From: Euryarchaeota archaeon UBA121
GTDB lineage: Archaea > Thermoplasmatota > Poseidoniia > Poseidoniales > Thalassarchaeaceae
Assembly: GCA_002499865.1 (NCBI GenBank)
Contig: DANL01000059.1
Span: forward strand, 5,460-69,459
Direction of reading: 5' to 3'
DNA: 64,000 bases
Each line of letters opens with the position of its first letter. Within the stretch, counting starts at the first letter, position 1. The position numbers and the translations under genes were made by a program. Positions 27,239-36,280 of the stretch are shown one piece after another. The notes below the pieces were generated by a model. It worked only from the letters and a program-made list of their open reading frames with translations. It was not told the DNA's origin and made no database searches.

Positions 27239-28006
27239 CTAGCGATTAGAAGTCAGCCGACCAGAGGAAATATTCCAAGACCCTCTATCCCTTTGCCATG
27301 ACATTTCTCCATCCAGTTTAATCCTTTTTTTCATATGGGGGGAGTCCAAAACTAAAGTCTCGTATTCTCCTCCCTCTCCATCGGCATTGAACCTGAATTT
27401 TGATGAGATTCTAATTAGCTCTTCCACATCCGAAAGCCCCAATTTCCTCCCTATCCACTCACTATCCAGGCCATCAGATGTGACTGATGAAATCCTGACA
27501 TCAAAACCAAGTCTTGGTAAGGATCTGATATGTTCGTTAGGACTATGGTGCCACAGTGGCGAGAATGATTTAATGCCAATATTGGAGCACATCCTCTCAA
27601 TCCTTGTTCTCTGGTAGTCGGATCTAAGAGCGCCCGAGACTAGAGCATCGATTTCTAGTACTCCTTCGTGCAGAATTATGCCCTCGCTATCCCAATTATC
27701 AGGCCAGAATAGATCGAAATCTTCAGCAGGATTACTTATCCCGGATAGTCCCCGTTGCAAATCTAGCATCTCCTCCTCTTCTGCACCTTCTGTAATAATG
27801 GGGAGCCATGGGATATTGGAGGAGGCTGATTGTAGTCCTGCGACACAGACTCCTCCCGTCTGAAACATCATTGAATCATCCCCTGTAACGCATAGTGTAA
27901 CTAGGGCTCGAACATCCCAGCCCCTCATTAGAGCCCACCAAGTTGCGTATGTCGAGTCCTTTCCTCCAGAGCATAACACGGCCACACGCATGTATCCACG
28001 AACCAA
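27239..28006 (-). CDS. dph6: Diphthine-ammonia ligase (Dph6 / MJ0570-family PP-loop ATPase)
   Basis: 'VAVLCSGGKDS' PP-loop and 'GEGGEYETLVLDSP', a near-exact match to the Dph6/MJ0570 signature. Confidence 0.75.
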   Translation of the reverse strand: MVRGYMRVAVLCSGGKDSTYATWWALMRGWDVRALVTLCVTGDDSMMFQTGGVCVAGLQSASSNIPWLPIITEGAEEEEMLDLQRGLSGISNPAEDFDLFWPDNWDSEGIILHEGVLEIDALVSGALRSDYQRTRIERMCSNIGIKSFSPLWHHSPNEHIRSLPRLGFDVRISSVTSDGLDSEWIGRKLGLSDVEELIRISSKFRFNADGEGGEYETLVLDSPHMKKRIKLDGEMSWQRDRGSWNISSGRLTSNR

Positions 28007-28090
28007 CCATTCGGCTTGAATGCAACGAAGGAAGACGCTCTACTCAACTAACCTTGATAAGAGGCCCTTGATGCATGCATACTGATTACG

Positions 28091-28798
28091 ATGCAACCGA
28101 GCGGCCGCGGATACGACTCTTCAGTAGGAACTTTCTCACCAGACGGACGACTTCACCAAGTTGAGTACGCCCGTGAATCAGTAAAGAGAGGCTCCACAAC
28201 CGTTGGTGTAAAATTCAGAGATGGCGTCATATTGATAGTAGCTAAGAGAATACCCAGTAAGCTGGTAATTCCCGAGTCAATAGAGAAGATGTACAAGATA
28301 GACGATCACATTGGAATCACCACATCTGGATTAGTCGCAGATGCAAGACAATTGGTCGACAGGGCTAGGGTACAATGCCAAATCAACAAGATGACCTATG
28401 GTGACTCCATTGATGTAACAGATCTGGTCAAGAAAATGTGCGATTACAAGCAATCATTCACCCAGTATGGCGGTGCTAGGCCTTTTGGAACCGCGTTACT
28501 GATAGCCGGAGTTGATTCTGACGGCCCACATCTATACGAAACAGATCCTTCCGGAGCTTATGGCTCATATCAGGCAGGGGCTATTGGAAGCGGGCGAAGC
28601 GAGGTCATATCTTACTTTGAAGAGAAGTGGAAGCCAGAGATGACAGAAAATGCGGCAATAAAAATAGGGTTAGAGGCACTTTCAAAGACATTCGAAGACG
28701 GGCTTTCCGAGGAATCAGTAGAAATCTGTGTCATAAACTCAGAAGGTTACAGGGAGCTCACCGCTACAGATTTGGAGAAGCATATTTCCAAGCTCTGA
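28091..28798 (+). CDS. psmA: Proteasome subunit alpha
   Basis: 'GRGYDSSVGTFSPDGRLHQVEYA' canonical alpha-subunit N-terminus. Confidence 0.95.
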   Translation: MQPSGRGYDSSVGTFSPDGRLHQVEYARESVKRGSTTVGVKFRDGVILIVAKRIPSKLVIPESIEKMYKIDDHIGITTSGLVADARQLVDRARVQCQINKMTYGDSIDVTDLVKKMCDYKQSFTQYGGARPFGTALLIAGVDSDGPHLYETDPSGAYGSYQAGAIGSGRSEVISYFEEKWKPEMTENAAIKIGLEALSKTFEDGLSEESVEICVINSEGYRELTATDLEKHISKL

Positions 28799-28821
28799 AA
28801 TAATAACTCCACTATGTCCTT

Positions 28822-29535
28822 ATGCTTGTAGCATCTACGACTTACATGGTTAGTCTTGATGATGCGGTTATCGCCAGACTAGAAAAGGGCGGCTCAAGAT
28901 ATGAGATTTTAGTCGATCCTGATTTGGTCGATGCTTGGAAGGAGGATCACTCTTCTGTCGATTTGGATGAACTTCTGGCTGTCAGTGAGGTCTGGACAGA
29001 CTCTAGAAATGGCGAGAGGCCCACATCAGATGCATTGGAAAGCGTATTTGGAAGTAACGAGCTTCGACAATGCGTGGAGATTATTCTGAAACAGGGATCC
29101 ATTCAATTAACTACCGCTCAGAGAAAGAAAATGGTCGAAGAGAAGAAGCTCCAGATCATTAATGAAATTGCAACCACTGCTACTGACCCCAAGACAAGAA
29201 TGCCACATCCTAGAACTAGAATAGAGAACGCTCTCGAAGAGGCTCGTTTCTCTGTCGACCCATTCAAGTCTGTTGAGGGCCAAGTTTCAGATGCCGTAAA
29301 GGTACTGAAGCCACTAATTCCTCTTCAATTCATTACAATACGTCTGGCCTTCAAGATTCCCGGCTCATCTTACGGGTCTGTTAATCAAATTCTCAGAGAC
29401 CTAGTAATTCGTCAAGAATGGCTCACTGATGGGACATGGGCATGTGTCGTCGAGGTCCCGGGAGGCATGAAGAACGAGCTGATTAGCAAGGTCGCGAGTA
29501 GGGCATCTGAGGCCGAAGTCAAGGAGCTTGACTGA
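28822..29535 (+). CDS. sdo1: Ribosome maturation protein SBDS/Sdo1 homologue
   Basis: 'VSLDDAVIARLEKGGSRYEILVDPD' matches the archaeal SBDS N-terminus. Its position between psmA and rrp4 is the conserved superoperon slot. Confidence 0.85.
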   Translation: MLVASTTYMVSLDDAVIARLEKGGSRYEILVDPDLVDAWKEDHSSVDLDELLAVSEVWTDSRNGERPTSDALESVFGSNELRQCVEIILKQGSIQLTTAQRKKMVEEKKLQIINEIATTATDPKTRMPHPRTRIENALEEARFSVDPFKSVEGQVSDAVKVLKPLIPLQFITIRLAFKIPGSSYGSVNQILRDLVIRQEWLTDGTWACVVEVPGGMKNELISKVASRASEAEVKELD

Positions 29536-29548
29536 CTTCTCACCGTAG

Positions 29549-30268
29549 GTGTCGACATCAACGGTTATGAATAGTAGGCCGGTCGGGCAGCTCGATAACA
29601 TGAGTATTGAGAGCAGCGCGGACGGTCCGCGAGACACGCAACGTACCCTCGTCGTTGTGCCAGGAGAAGACCTGGGATCATCAGAGGGGATTGAAGCTGG
29701 ACATGGCGTTTTAGTCGTCGGGGACAGAATAATATCGACAAAACAAGGAAAAATGAGTAGAAAGGGAAATACAATTTCTGTTAGCCCTTTGCATACAAGA
29801 TATATGCCTAGGCCTGGAGACTTAGTGATAGGCCACATAGAGGGGTGTACCAACAACATATGGTTTGTTGACATAGGCGCCCCGTTCAACTCGATTCTGC
29901 CAATGAGTCTCGGCCCAGCTAAGGTCGAGTTTGGAGGCACTAGGAAAATACTAGACATTGGCGACTCTATTCTTTGTAGGGTTCAGGAGGTCGAAGAAAC
30001 ACATCAAAGCGTCGTCACTATGAAAGGAATGGGCCTCAGAAAGATTCGTTCGGGCGCACTGGATGAATTAGATCCGCATCTCTTAGGGAGACTCATAGGA
30101 AAAGGAGGGGCGTTCCTCAGGGAAATGAAGATGCAGACTGACTGTAGAATAGTCGTCGCCGATAATGGCCGTCTCTGGATCGATGGAGAGCTTGAAAATA
30201 TATTAGAGGTCAGAAAGAGGATTAATAGCATATCTTCAGAGGCCAAAATGATAGGAGTTGATGCATAG
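29549..30268 (+). CDS. rrp4: Exosome complex RNA-binding subunit Rrp4 (S1 + KH)
   Basis: S1 segment 'PRPGDLVIGHIEGCTNNIWFVDIG' and KH segment 'LIGKGGAFLREMKMQTDCRIVV'. Confidence 0.9.
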   Translation: MSTSTVMNSRPVGQLDNMSIESSADGPRDTQRTLVVVPGEDLGSSEGIEAGHGVLVVGDRIISTKQGKMSRKGNTISVSPLHTRYMPRPGDLVIGHIEGCTNNIWFVDIGAPFNSILPMSLGPAKVEFGGTRKILDIGDSILCRVQEVEETHQSVVTMKGMGLRKIRSGALDELDPHLLGRLIGKGGAFLREMKMQTDCRIVVADNGRLWIDGELENILEVRKRINSISSEAKMIGVDA

Positions 30269-30984
30269 TGGGTGGTTACGGAGATGTTCAGATGATTGAT
30301 GAAAACGGACTGAGGATGGATGGCAGAAAGCCAGGAGACCTTAGGCCAATATCAATAGAAACAGGCGTAATCCCTGTCGCAGATGGCTCATGCAGGATGG
30401 TTTGGGGTACCAATGAGGCCATAGTTGCAGTTTACGGGCCAATGGAAGCGCACCCTAGAAAGATCCAACGCCAAGACAGGGCGGTCATAGATGTCGCATA
30501 CAACATGGCGCCATTCTCTACCACCGATAGGATAAGACCAGGCTTCAACCGTCGAAGTAGGGAGATAAGTAAGGTTACCAAAGATGCTTTGGAGAGCGTA
30601 GTTCTCTTGGAGCTATACCCAAGATCAAAGATTAGAGTAAGTATCGAAATTGTATCTGCAGAAGCAGGAACTAGGTGTGTAGGTCTCACTGCCGCCTCAG
30701 TCGCCCTTGCCGATGCTGGAATTCCAATGACAGACATGGTCATCAGTGTAGCTAGTGGCAAGGTCAACGATGTCGTAGTTTGTGACTTGAACAAAGAAGA
30801 GGACAATTATGGAGAAGCAGATCTTCCTATGGGGATACTCCCTAACACCGGAGAGTTAGTATTCCTACAAATGGATGGCGACTTATCGCCAGATGAATTC
30901 AAGCAGGCTTGGGACTACAACGTAGACGCCGCCATGGAAGTTCACAAACTAATGATTGATGCACTAAAGGGAGGTGACAACTAA
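30268..30984 (+). CDS. rrp41: Exosome complex exonuclease Rrp41 (RNase PH fold, catalytic)
   Basis: 'DGRKPGDLRPISIETGV...ADGSCRMVWGTNEAIVAVYGP' RNase PH signature. Confidence 0.9.
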   Translation: MGGYGDVQMIDENGLRMDGRKPGDLRPISIETGVIPVADGSCRMVWGTNEAIVAVYGPMEAHPRKIQRQDRAVIDVAYNMAPFSTTDRIRPGFNRRSREISKVTKDALESVVLLELYPRSKIRVSIEIVSAEAGTRCVGLTAASVALADAGIPMTDMVISVASGKVNDVVVCDLNKEEDNYGEADLPMGILPNTGELVFLQMDGDLSPDEFKQAWDYNVDAAMEVHKLMIDALKGGDN

Positions 30985-31757
30985 TGTCCGCCCCAACAGT
31001 CCCCAATCTACTTAGGGACCATCTCGCGGATCTCGCACAAAACGACTCTAGGCTGGATGGTAGAGAGCAGTTTGGAGCGAGAGAACTCAAATTAGAAACA
31101 GGAATTCTCCCAAGGGCCGAAGGTTCCGCCAGAGTCACAATGGGCAATACAATAGTATTGGCAGGGGTCAAGTTCCAGCTAATGACTCCATATCCAGACA
31201 GGCCCAATCAAGGCGGTTTGATGTGTTCATGTGAGGTAAGGCCGATAGCAGGAAGACACTGGGAGGCAGGGCCACCCAGTCCCGAAGCAATAGAGCTAGG
31301 AAGAGTAGTAGATCGTGGCATCAGAGAATCTGGATGTATCGATGTTGACGATCTCTGTATTATTCCCGGAGAAAAGGCTTGGCAGGTCATTCTAGATCTT
31401 CATGCAATATCTGATGACGGCAACCTATTCGATGCGTTCGCCTTAGCAGGTATAGCCGCTCTAAGGAGCGCGACAGTTCCTGCAGAGAGGTTTGAAGTAG
31501 GCCAAGATTCGCCTCTAAAGGTATCCAAGAAGCCGATTATGTGTTCCTACCACAAGGTAGGAGGAAGATTCGTTTATGACGCATCATACAAGGAAGAATT
31601 GGGAGGAGACGAGAGAATTCATATTACTCTGGGCGATGATAATCACGTCCACTCTCTCCAGAAGGGTCTAAAGGGAATCTTCACGGCAGAAGAGTTTGAA
31701 GAGATAATGGAGCACGCCAAGTCTAGGTGCGCTGAGTTAAGGAAAATTGTAGACTGA
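30984..31757 (+). CDS. rrp42: Exosome complex subunit Rrp42 (RNase PH-like, non-catalytic)
   Basis: RNase PH-like fold protein ('RLDGREQFGARELKLETGIL...AEGSARVTMGNT') immediately after rrp41. Confidence 0.9.
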   Translation: MSAPTVPNLLRDHLADLAQNDSRLDGREQFGARELKLETGILPRAEGSARVTMGNTIVLAGVKFQLMTPYPDRPNQGGLMCSCEVRPIAGRHWEAGPPSPEAIELGRVVDRGIRESGCIDVDDLCIIPGEKAWQVILDLHAISDDGNLFDAFALAGIAALRSATVPAERFEVGQDSPLKVSKKPIMCSYHKVGGRFVYDASYKEELGGDERIHITLGDDNHVHSLQKGLKGIFTAEEFEEIMEHAKSRCAELRKIVD

Positions 31758-31769
31758 TAGGTGATTTGG

Positions 31770-32138
31770 ATGGCAAAAAGAACACAGAAAGCAGGCTTAA
31801 CCGCGCGCTTTGGATCTAGATACGGAGTTAGTGTAAGGAGGAGAGCAGGATCCGCTCTGAAAAAGAAATCAAGGCAATATGTATGCCCTTCATGTCAGTA
31901 TCCAAAGGTCAGGAGAAAGGCTGCAGGAATTTGGGAATGCAAGAAATGTAACTATACATTTACAGGGGGAGTTTGGGAACCCTTTACCAGAGCTTCCGAT
32001 GCAAATAATAGGGTAGTAAGAAGATCAATGGAGGGCGCAACAGCTACCGATATGGCAGTCATCGCCCAGCAGGCCGCTATTGACTTCGAAAGAAAATTAG
32101 TGGAGGCGGACGAAGTTGCCGACTCTGAAGAAGAATGA
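31770..32138 (+). CDS. rpl37ae: Ribosomal protein L37Ae (eL43) with ~30 aa acidic C-terminal extension
   Basis: 'MAKRTQKAGLTARFGSRYGVSVRRR...CPSCQ...CKKCNYTFTGG' C4 zinc ribbon. The tail '...VEADEVADSEEE' extends beyond the usual ~90 aa. Confidence 0.85.
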   Translation: MAKRTQKAGLTARFGSRYGVSVRRRAGSALKKKSRQYVCPSCQYPKVRRKAAGIWECKKCNYTFTGGVWEPFTRASDANNRVVRRSMEGATATDMAVIAQQAAIDFERKLVEADEVADSEEE

Positions 32139-32358
32139 GGGGACAATCTCTCTGTTACTAGATTTTCCACACTTAGAAGCGAAGCATATCGCCAGTGGAC
32201 TCAAGACTGAATCAGACTTTACTGAGGACCGTGGAATTATCTCAATCTCAATATCGTCAAATAATTTTTCAGATCTTAGGGCTATATGGAATTCTACTCT
32301 GAGAGGGATAATAGCCTCTGAGCAAGCTTTGAATGCCATAAAGAAATCAGGTGAATAA
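32116..32358 (+). CDS. pcc1: KEOPS complex subunit Pcc1
   Basis: 80 aa. 'SDLRAIWNSTLRGIIASEQAL' parallels the Pcc1 motif 'SALRGTVNSYLRWIKAA'. It sits in the conserved L37ae/prefoldin-beta neighbourhood. Confidence 0.6.
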   Translation: MPTLKKNEGTISLLLDFPHLEAKHIASGLKTESDFTEDRGIISISISSNNFSDLRAIWNSTLRGIIASEQALNAIKKSGE

Positions 32359-32683
32359 TATGAATGCCAATAACGATGTTGCAGAGGCCCTCAAGGCAGT
32401 AGCTCAAGACTTACAGACAACGCTTGCACAGATGCAAAATGTCACCACCCAACTCAGTGAGTTAACAATCACAATCGATGCCTTATCGTCACAAAATCCC
32501 TCAAAGCCAGTTTACAGGGCTATTGGAAGCCTTCTTCTTGAGGTTGAAGATAGAGAATCATTGAAGAATGACCTGGAGCAATCTATGAGTGCTTTCCAAG
32601 AACACATGGATAGGCTTTCCGCCAAAGAGAACGAGCTCAGAGAAAAATACGATAGCTTAGTTAGAGCATACGAATCACAGTGA
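32351..32683 (+). CDS. pfdB: Prefoldin beta subunit
   Basis: 110 aa coiled-coil with central beta-hairpin ('KPVYRAIGSLLLEV') and the conserved genomic position. Confidence 0.85.
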   Translation: MNNMNANNDVAEALKAVAQDLQTTLAQMQNVTTQLSELTITIDALSSQNPSKPVYRAIGSLLLEVEDRESLKNDLEQSMSAFQEHMDRLSAKENELREKYDSLVRAYESQ

Positions 32684-32687
32684 GAAT

Positions 32688-33518
32688 ATGTCAGTGAGAG
32701 GTTCTGAAGGAAGTTCTCTAAGTGATGATTTAGAGTCCATGCTCGCTCTTCTTTCAAAAGGAAAGGCATCCGATGCTAGGGAGCTCTCAGACTCCATACT
32801 TGAGAGATCTAGGTCCGCTTCTGAGAGAAATCACGACATAGAGGCCAGGGTTAGGATAGAGAGGGCACTCATAGGAGCAGTACCGGAGGAGATGATTGGC
32901 TCCGAATTGAGGTGGTGTGTAGATAGGATGAATGCCATTTCCAGTGGGTCTTCCGTACATGGTCTTGCTCTACTAAATCTAGCTACATGGCATGCAAATA
33001 GAGGTGAGCTGATGATGGCTTTAGCCACACACTCTGAAATCTCAATAAATAAAGGACATCCTCTTGACATCAATTCATTATCAAGGCTGGAAGTTGGCAG
33101 AATTCTTAGCTCAATGAATGACTACGGTCCGGCAATGAGGCATCTATGGTCTGCCAGATCGGGATTCATAGAATTGGGGATGTTGCCCGAGGCTATCGCA
33201 ACTTCTCTTGAATGGCTTGATTTAGCTCTTGATGATATAAATGATGAATCTCCAACAATGGCCTCCAGAATAGAACAGGCCAAACCACGCCATGGACCTG
33301 GAAATACCACATTTCCGGCTAATCCGTCTGATATCACCTCCATTGTAGAATACTTATTCCCAATACTAACTCAAGACTTATCCGGCACATCAAGATTAGA
33401 CATTGGGCTAATCATTGAGGCTTCCGAGAAATTGAATAGGCAAGTTTGGAAGGATGCCATAGCCTCTAGGAAGGACGAGATTCAGGATCCAAATCTTTTG
33501 GAAGTATTCCAATCATGA
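32688..33518 (+). CDS. Hypothetical alpha-helical protein (276 aa) at the distal end of the exosome superoperon
   Basis: Co-directional with pfdB and 4 nt downstream. No family recognised. Confidence 0.4.
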   Translation: MSVRGSEGSSLSDDLESMLALLSKGKASDARELSDSILERSRSASERNHDIEARVRIERALIGAVPEEMIGSELRWCVDRMNAISSGSSVHGLALLNLATWHANRGELMMALATHSEISINKGHPLDINSLSRLEVGRILSSMNDYGPAMRHLWSARSGFIELGMLPEAIATSLEWLDLALDDINDESPTMASRIEQAKPRHGPGNTTFPANPSDITSIVEYLFPILTQDLSGTSRLDIGLIIEASEKLNRQVWKDAIASRKDEIQDPNLLEVFQS

Positions 33519-33877
33519 TTCTTCACTTTATTGATCTCTTTTTCTTCCCAAGAAAGCCTTGTTGGCACTTCTATGCACCAACCAACTTCCTCTATCGAGG
33601 GATCATTAGAATCCCACGGCTCAGGGAACGGTGAATCATCTACCTCAACAAGAACGACTACTCCTCCCTCTACGAGGTCATGATCATAGGATACGGCGGT
33701 TCCCAGCAGACCCGTCTCTTCATACAACTCCCTCAAGGCCGCTACATCCCATTCCTCTTCATCGTTGATATTGCCTCCAGGAAGCTCCCAACCCCTCTCT
33801 TTATGCAATACCATTACCCAAGGGTTCCCAAACTCTTCACCTTTACTGGAATATGTCCAACACAATACGAACATCAT
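33482..33877 (-). CDS. Nudix hydrolase
   Basis: Nudix box 'GGNINDEEEWDVAALRELYEETGL' (Gx5Ex7REUxEExGU). Confidence 0.8.
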   Translation of the reverse strand: MMFVLCWTYSSKGEEFGNPWVMVLHKERGWELPGGNINDEEEWDVAALRELYEETGLLGTAVSYDHDLVEGGVVVLVEVDDSPFPEPWDSNDPSIEEVGWCIEVPTRLSWEEKEINKVKNHDWNTSKRFGS

Positions 33878-34911
33878 TCTCCCTCCATTTTCTTCCGCAA
33901 CTCTTGATTAATCTCAAGGGCCCCTTCTACTCCCTGCGCAGCCATCCGCCTAGTCACGAAGAAAGCTTCAGATAACTTCCCTTCGCTAACTAATTCCTCG
34001 ACCTCTCTAATCGGATCTTTGGCAATATCGTCCTCTACATCCTCATGCACATTGCTTGGAGTTGCCATATCTTCCATCTTCCTGAGGAAATCAACTCTCT
34101 GCTCTATTCCCGGGGACTTCCATTTTCTCTTGCTCTTACCATCCAGCTCAGCCTCCATCCTAGACTTGAACTCGTCTCTGACTTTATCACTGGGGAAACA
34201 AATCTGAGCCTGATCATAGCAAAGCCAGGCATCACTATACTCCTTCCTCCTCTCATGCATCCTTCCTAATGATGCCCACGCCTCATGATTAGTCGGCCTC
34301 TGTGCTAGGATTATCTTCGAAAGACGAATGAATTGGTCTTCGTCACCCGAATCCCGAATTCTCTCAATTCTTCTTGAGAATAGTAGATTCGCTCTCCTGT
34401 CCCTGAGGTCGAGCTTGCTAGTCCTGTCAAGAAATTCGGTTAGGACATCTTGAGATTCTGAGGCCATCTTCCACCAAACGTCTGGATCTAGAGGATCAGC
34501 TTCTAGGGAGGCTAGAAGCAAACTGTGTCCAGAGCTCAAAAAATCAATATGTTCCAATTGCATAAGTTGCTCTGGCTTTCTCCCAAGTACCGAAAATAGG
34601 TCTTCTAGTACGGACCTAATCCCTTCCGAGTCACCAAGTAGAGATTTCACCCTTACCAAAACTTTCCAATTTTCAGGATTGGTAAAATCATGTAATACTG
34701 CCTGCCTAGCACTTTGCTCCCCCCACTCTAAGTTCACCATTCTCTCTTGAATCACTCGGCCTTGTTCGTCCAATGCAAGGTTGACATACTTCTGAGATTG
34801 ACTTCTATGTCTGTCCCCAAGGCTTCTCCTAGGGTGTTGCAGACTATCTGCAATATCTGAATCTGACATATTAACCTCACAAAACTGATTCGAAGGGGGA
34901 CTTATCAGCAC
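33874..34911 (-). CDS. Hypothetical TPR-like helical repeat protein
   Basis: 345 aa with helical repeats ('EAWASLGRMHERRKEYSDAWLCYDQAQ'). It is overlapped at both ends by the Nudix and UbiD genes on the same strand. Confidence 0.45.
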   Translation of the reverse strand: MLISPPSNQFCEVNMSDSDIADSLQHPRRSLGDRHRSQSQKYVNLALDEQGRVIQERMVNLEWGEQSARQAVLHDFTNPENWKVLVRVKSLLGDSEGIRSVLEDLFSVLGRKPEQLMQLEHIDFLSSGHSLLLASLEADPLDPDVWWKMASESQDVLTEFLDRTSKLDLRDRRANLLFSRRIERIRDSGDEDQFIRLSKIILAQRPTNHEAWASLGRMHERRKEYSDAWLCYDQAQICFPSDKVRDEFKSRMEAELDGKSKRKWKSPGIEQRVDFLRKMEDMATPSNVHEDVEDDIAKDPIREVEELVSEGKLSEAFFVTRRMAAQGVEGALEINQELRKKMEGE

Positions 34912-36190
34912 CCGGAGTCAGAGTAGCATCCATCCCAATTTTACTTGTCACGCCATCCTCCGCTCTACTGGGATCGAGACTAGAACCTCTCTGTCCGCTC
35001 ATAATTATGGTATCTTTATCCGGTTGCCATCTAGTCATCAGCGCCCACTCCACTCTTTTCGGATCTGAAATATCTATGTCTTCATCGACCACCACCACTT
35101 GTTTCATCGAGGGATGGCCTCTGAAAGCAGCCTCTATGGCCTGCATCCCATCTCCCTCATTCTTGGGAACTATCTGGACTACTGAAGACAACCATCCACA
35201 ACCCCCATCGGTCATGTGAACATCCACACACTCAACCACTTTGGAAACTGAATTCTTTATGGTAGGGGCCCTCGGCATACCCATTAATGTCCTATGCTCA
35301 ATACCAGTAGGAATTAGGGCATGGAATATCGGGTCTATTCGGTGGTGTACACAGTCATACTCAATCACATGCTCCTGCCTAATGTCATCCACAGTCCCAG
35401 TAATGTCAACATAAGGCCCCTCATCGTCTCTCTCTGTGGTTATCCTGGCCTCCATAGCATACTCCGCATCTGCTGGGACCATCACCCCGTTAGGGAGCAC
35501 AACGACCTTCAGAGGGGAACCATGCAACCTCATATGCAAAGAAGATGCGACAGTCAACTCATCAACATAGTCCGAGAATGACATAGCGGCCGCCAGAAGT
35601 ACGGTAGGATCCGGGCCATTGACTACGGCAATGGGGACGTCATCGCCCACTTCTGCTGCTTCTGCACTGATGGTTCTTAGGTGTCTAGGAACTAACCTAG
35701 CCACAGTGTGATTACTATCCCTCAGTAATTGTCTATGGAAGGATACATTCCGCACTCCCGAATACTGAGCAACTATAATTGACGCAGATTGATATCTGCC
35801 ACCATCCTCTTCGAAGTGCCAAGGAATGGGAATTTTACCCAGATCTACTTGCTCTTGACCTGATTGCATTACGGGTGCGTCAGATGCATCCACAATTTCG
35901 GGCTCAGAAGGATTCTCCATAGCCCATGCAAGTACATCTATCAAATCACCAGGTGAAATGTCAAACATTTCACACAACCTCGACTTCTCCAGAACGTTCA
36001 GAGCCGCCCTGTGTCCCGGAGCCTCGGCAATGTTACTGAAAACTAAAGGGATGTCGCCCATCTTGTTCGAGGTTTCAATCATACCGTGTAAAACACTAGT
36101 AGATTCCTTTACATTATGAACGCCACTGAGCATGTCACGGAAGGCCATATCGGGGGGCGGGGTCAATACATGCTTGAATGTTGGTGACAT
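34877..36190 (-). CDS. UbiD-family (prFMN-dependent) decarboxylase
   Basis: 437 aa. 'WHFEEDGGRYQSASIIV' (the UbiD 'DGGxY' region) and a C-terminal 'ALMTRWQPDKD'-type segment. Confidence 0.7.
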   Translation of the reverse strand: MSPTFKHVLTPPPDMAFRDMLSGVHNVKESTSVLHGMIETSNKMGDIPLVFSNIAEAPGHRAALNVLEKSRLCEMFDISPGDLIDVLAWAMENPSEPEIVDASDAPVMQSGQEQVDLGKIPIPWHFEEDGGRYQSASIIVAQYSGVRNVSFHRQLLRDSNHTVARLVPRHLRTISAEAAEVGDDVPIAVVNGPDPTVLLAAAMSFSDYVDELTVASSLHMRLHGSPLKVVVLPNGVMVPADAEYAMEARITTERDDEGPYVDITGTVDDIRQEHVIEYDCVHHRIDPIFHALIPTGIEHRTLMGMPRAPTIKNSVSKVVECVDVHMTDGGCGWLSSVVQIVPKNEGDGMQAIEAAFRGHPSMKQVVVVDEDIDISDPKRVEWALMTRWQPDKDTIIMSGQRGSSLDPSRAEDGVTSKIGMDATLTPGADKSPFESVL

Positions 36191-36280
36191 TATCCTCTCT
36201 AGGGCCCACTAAGTCGAGGCTATCCCGTCACGCTCTTATACCCCATGAGGGTCGGCGAGACATCATTCTGAGGTGTTACT

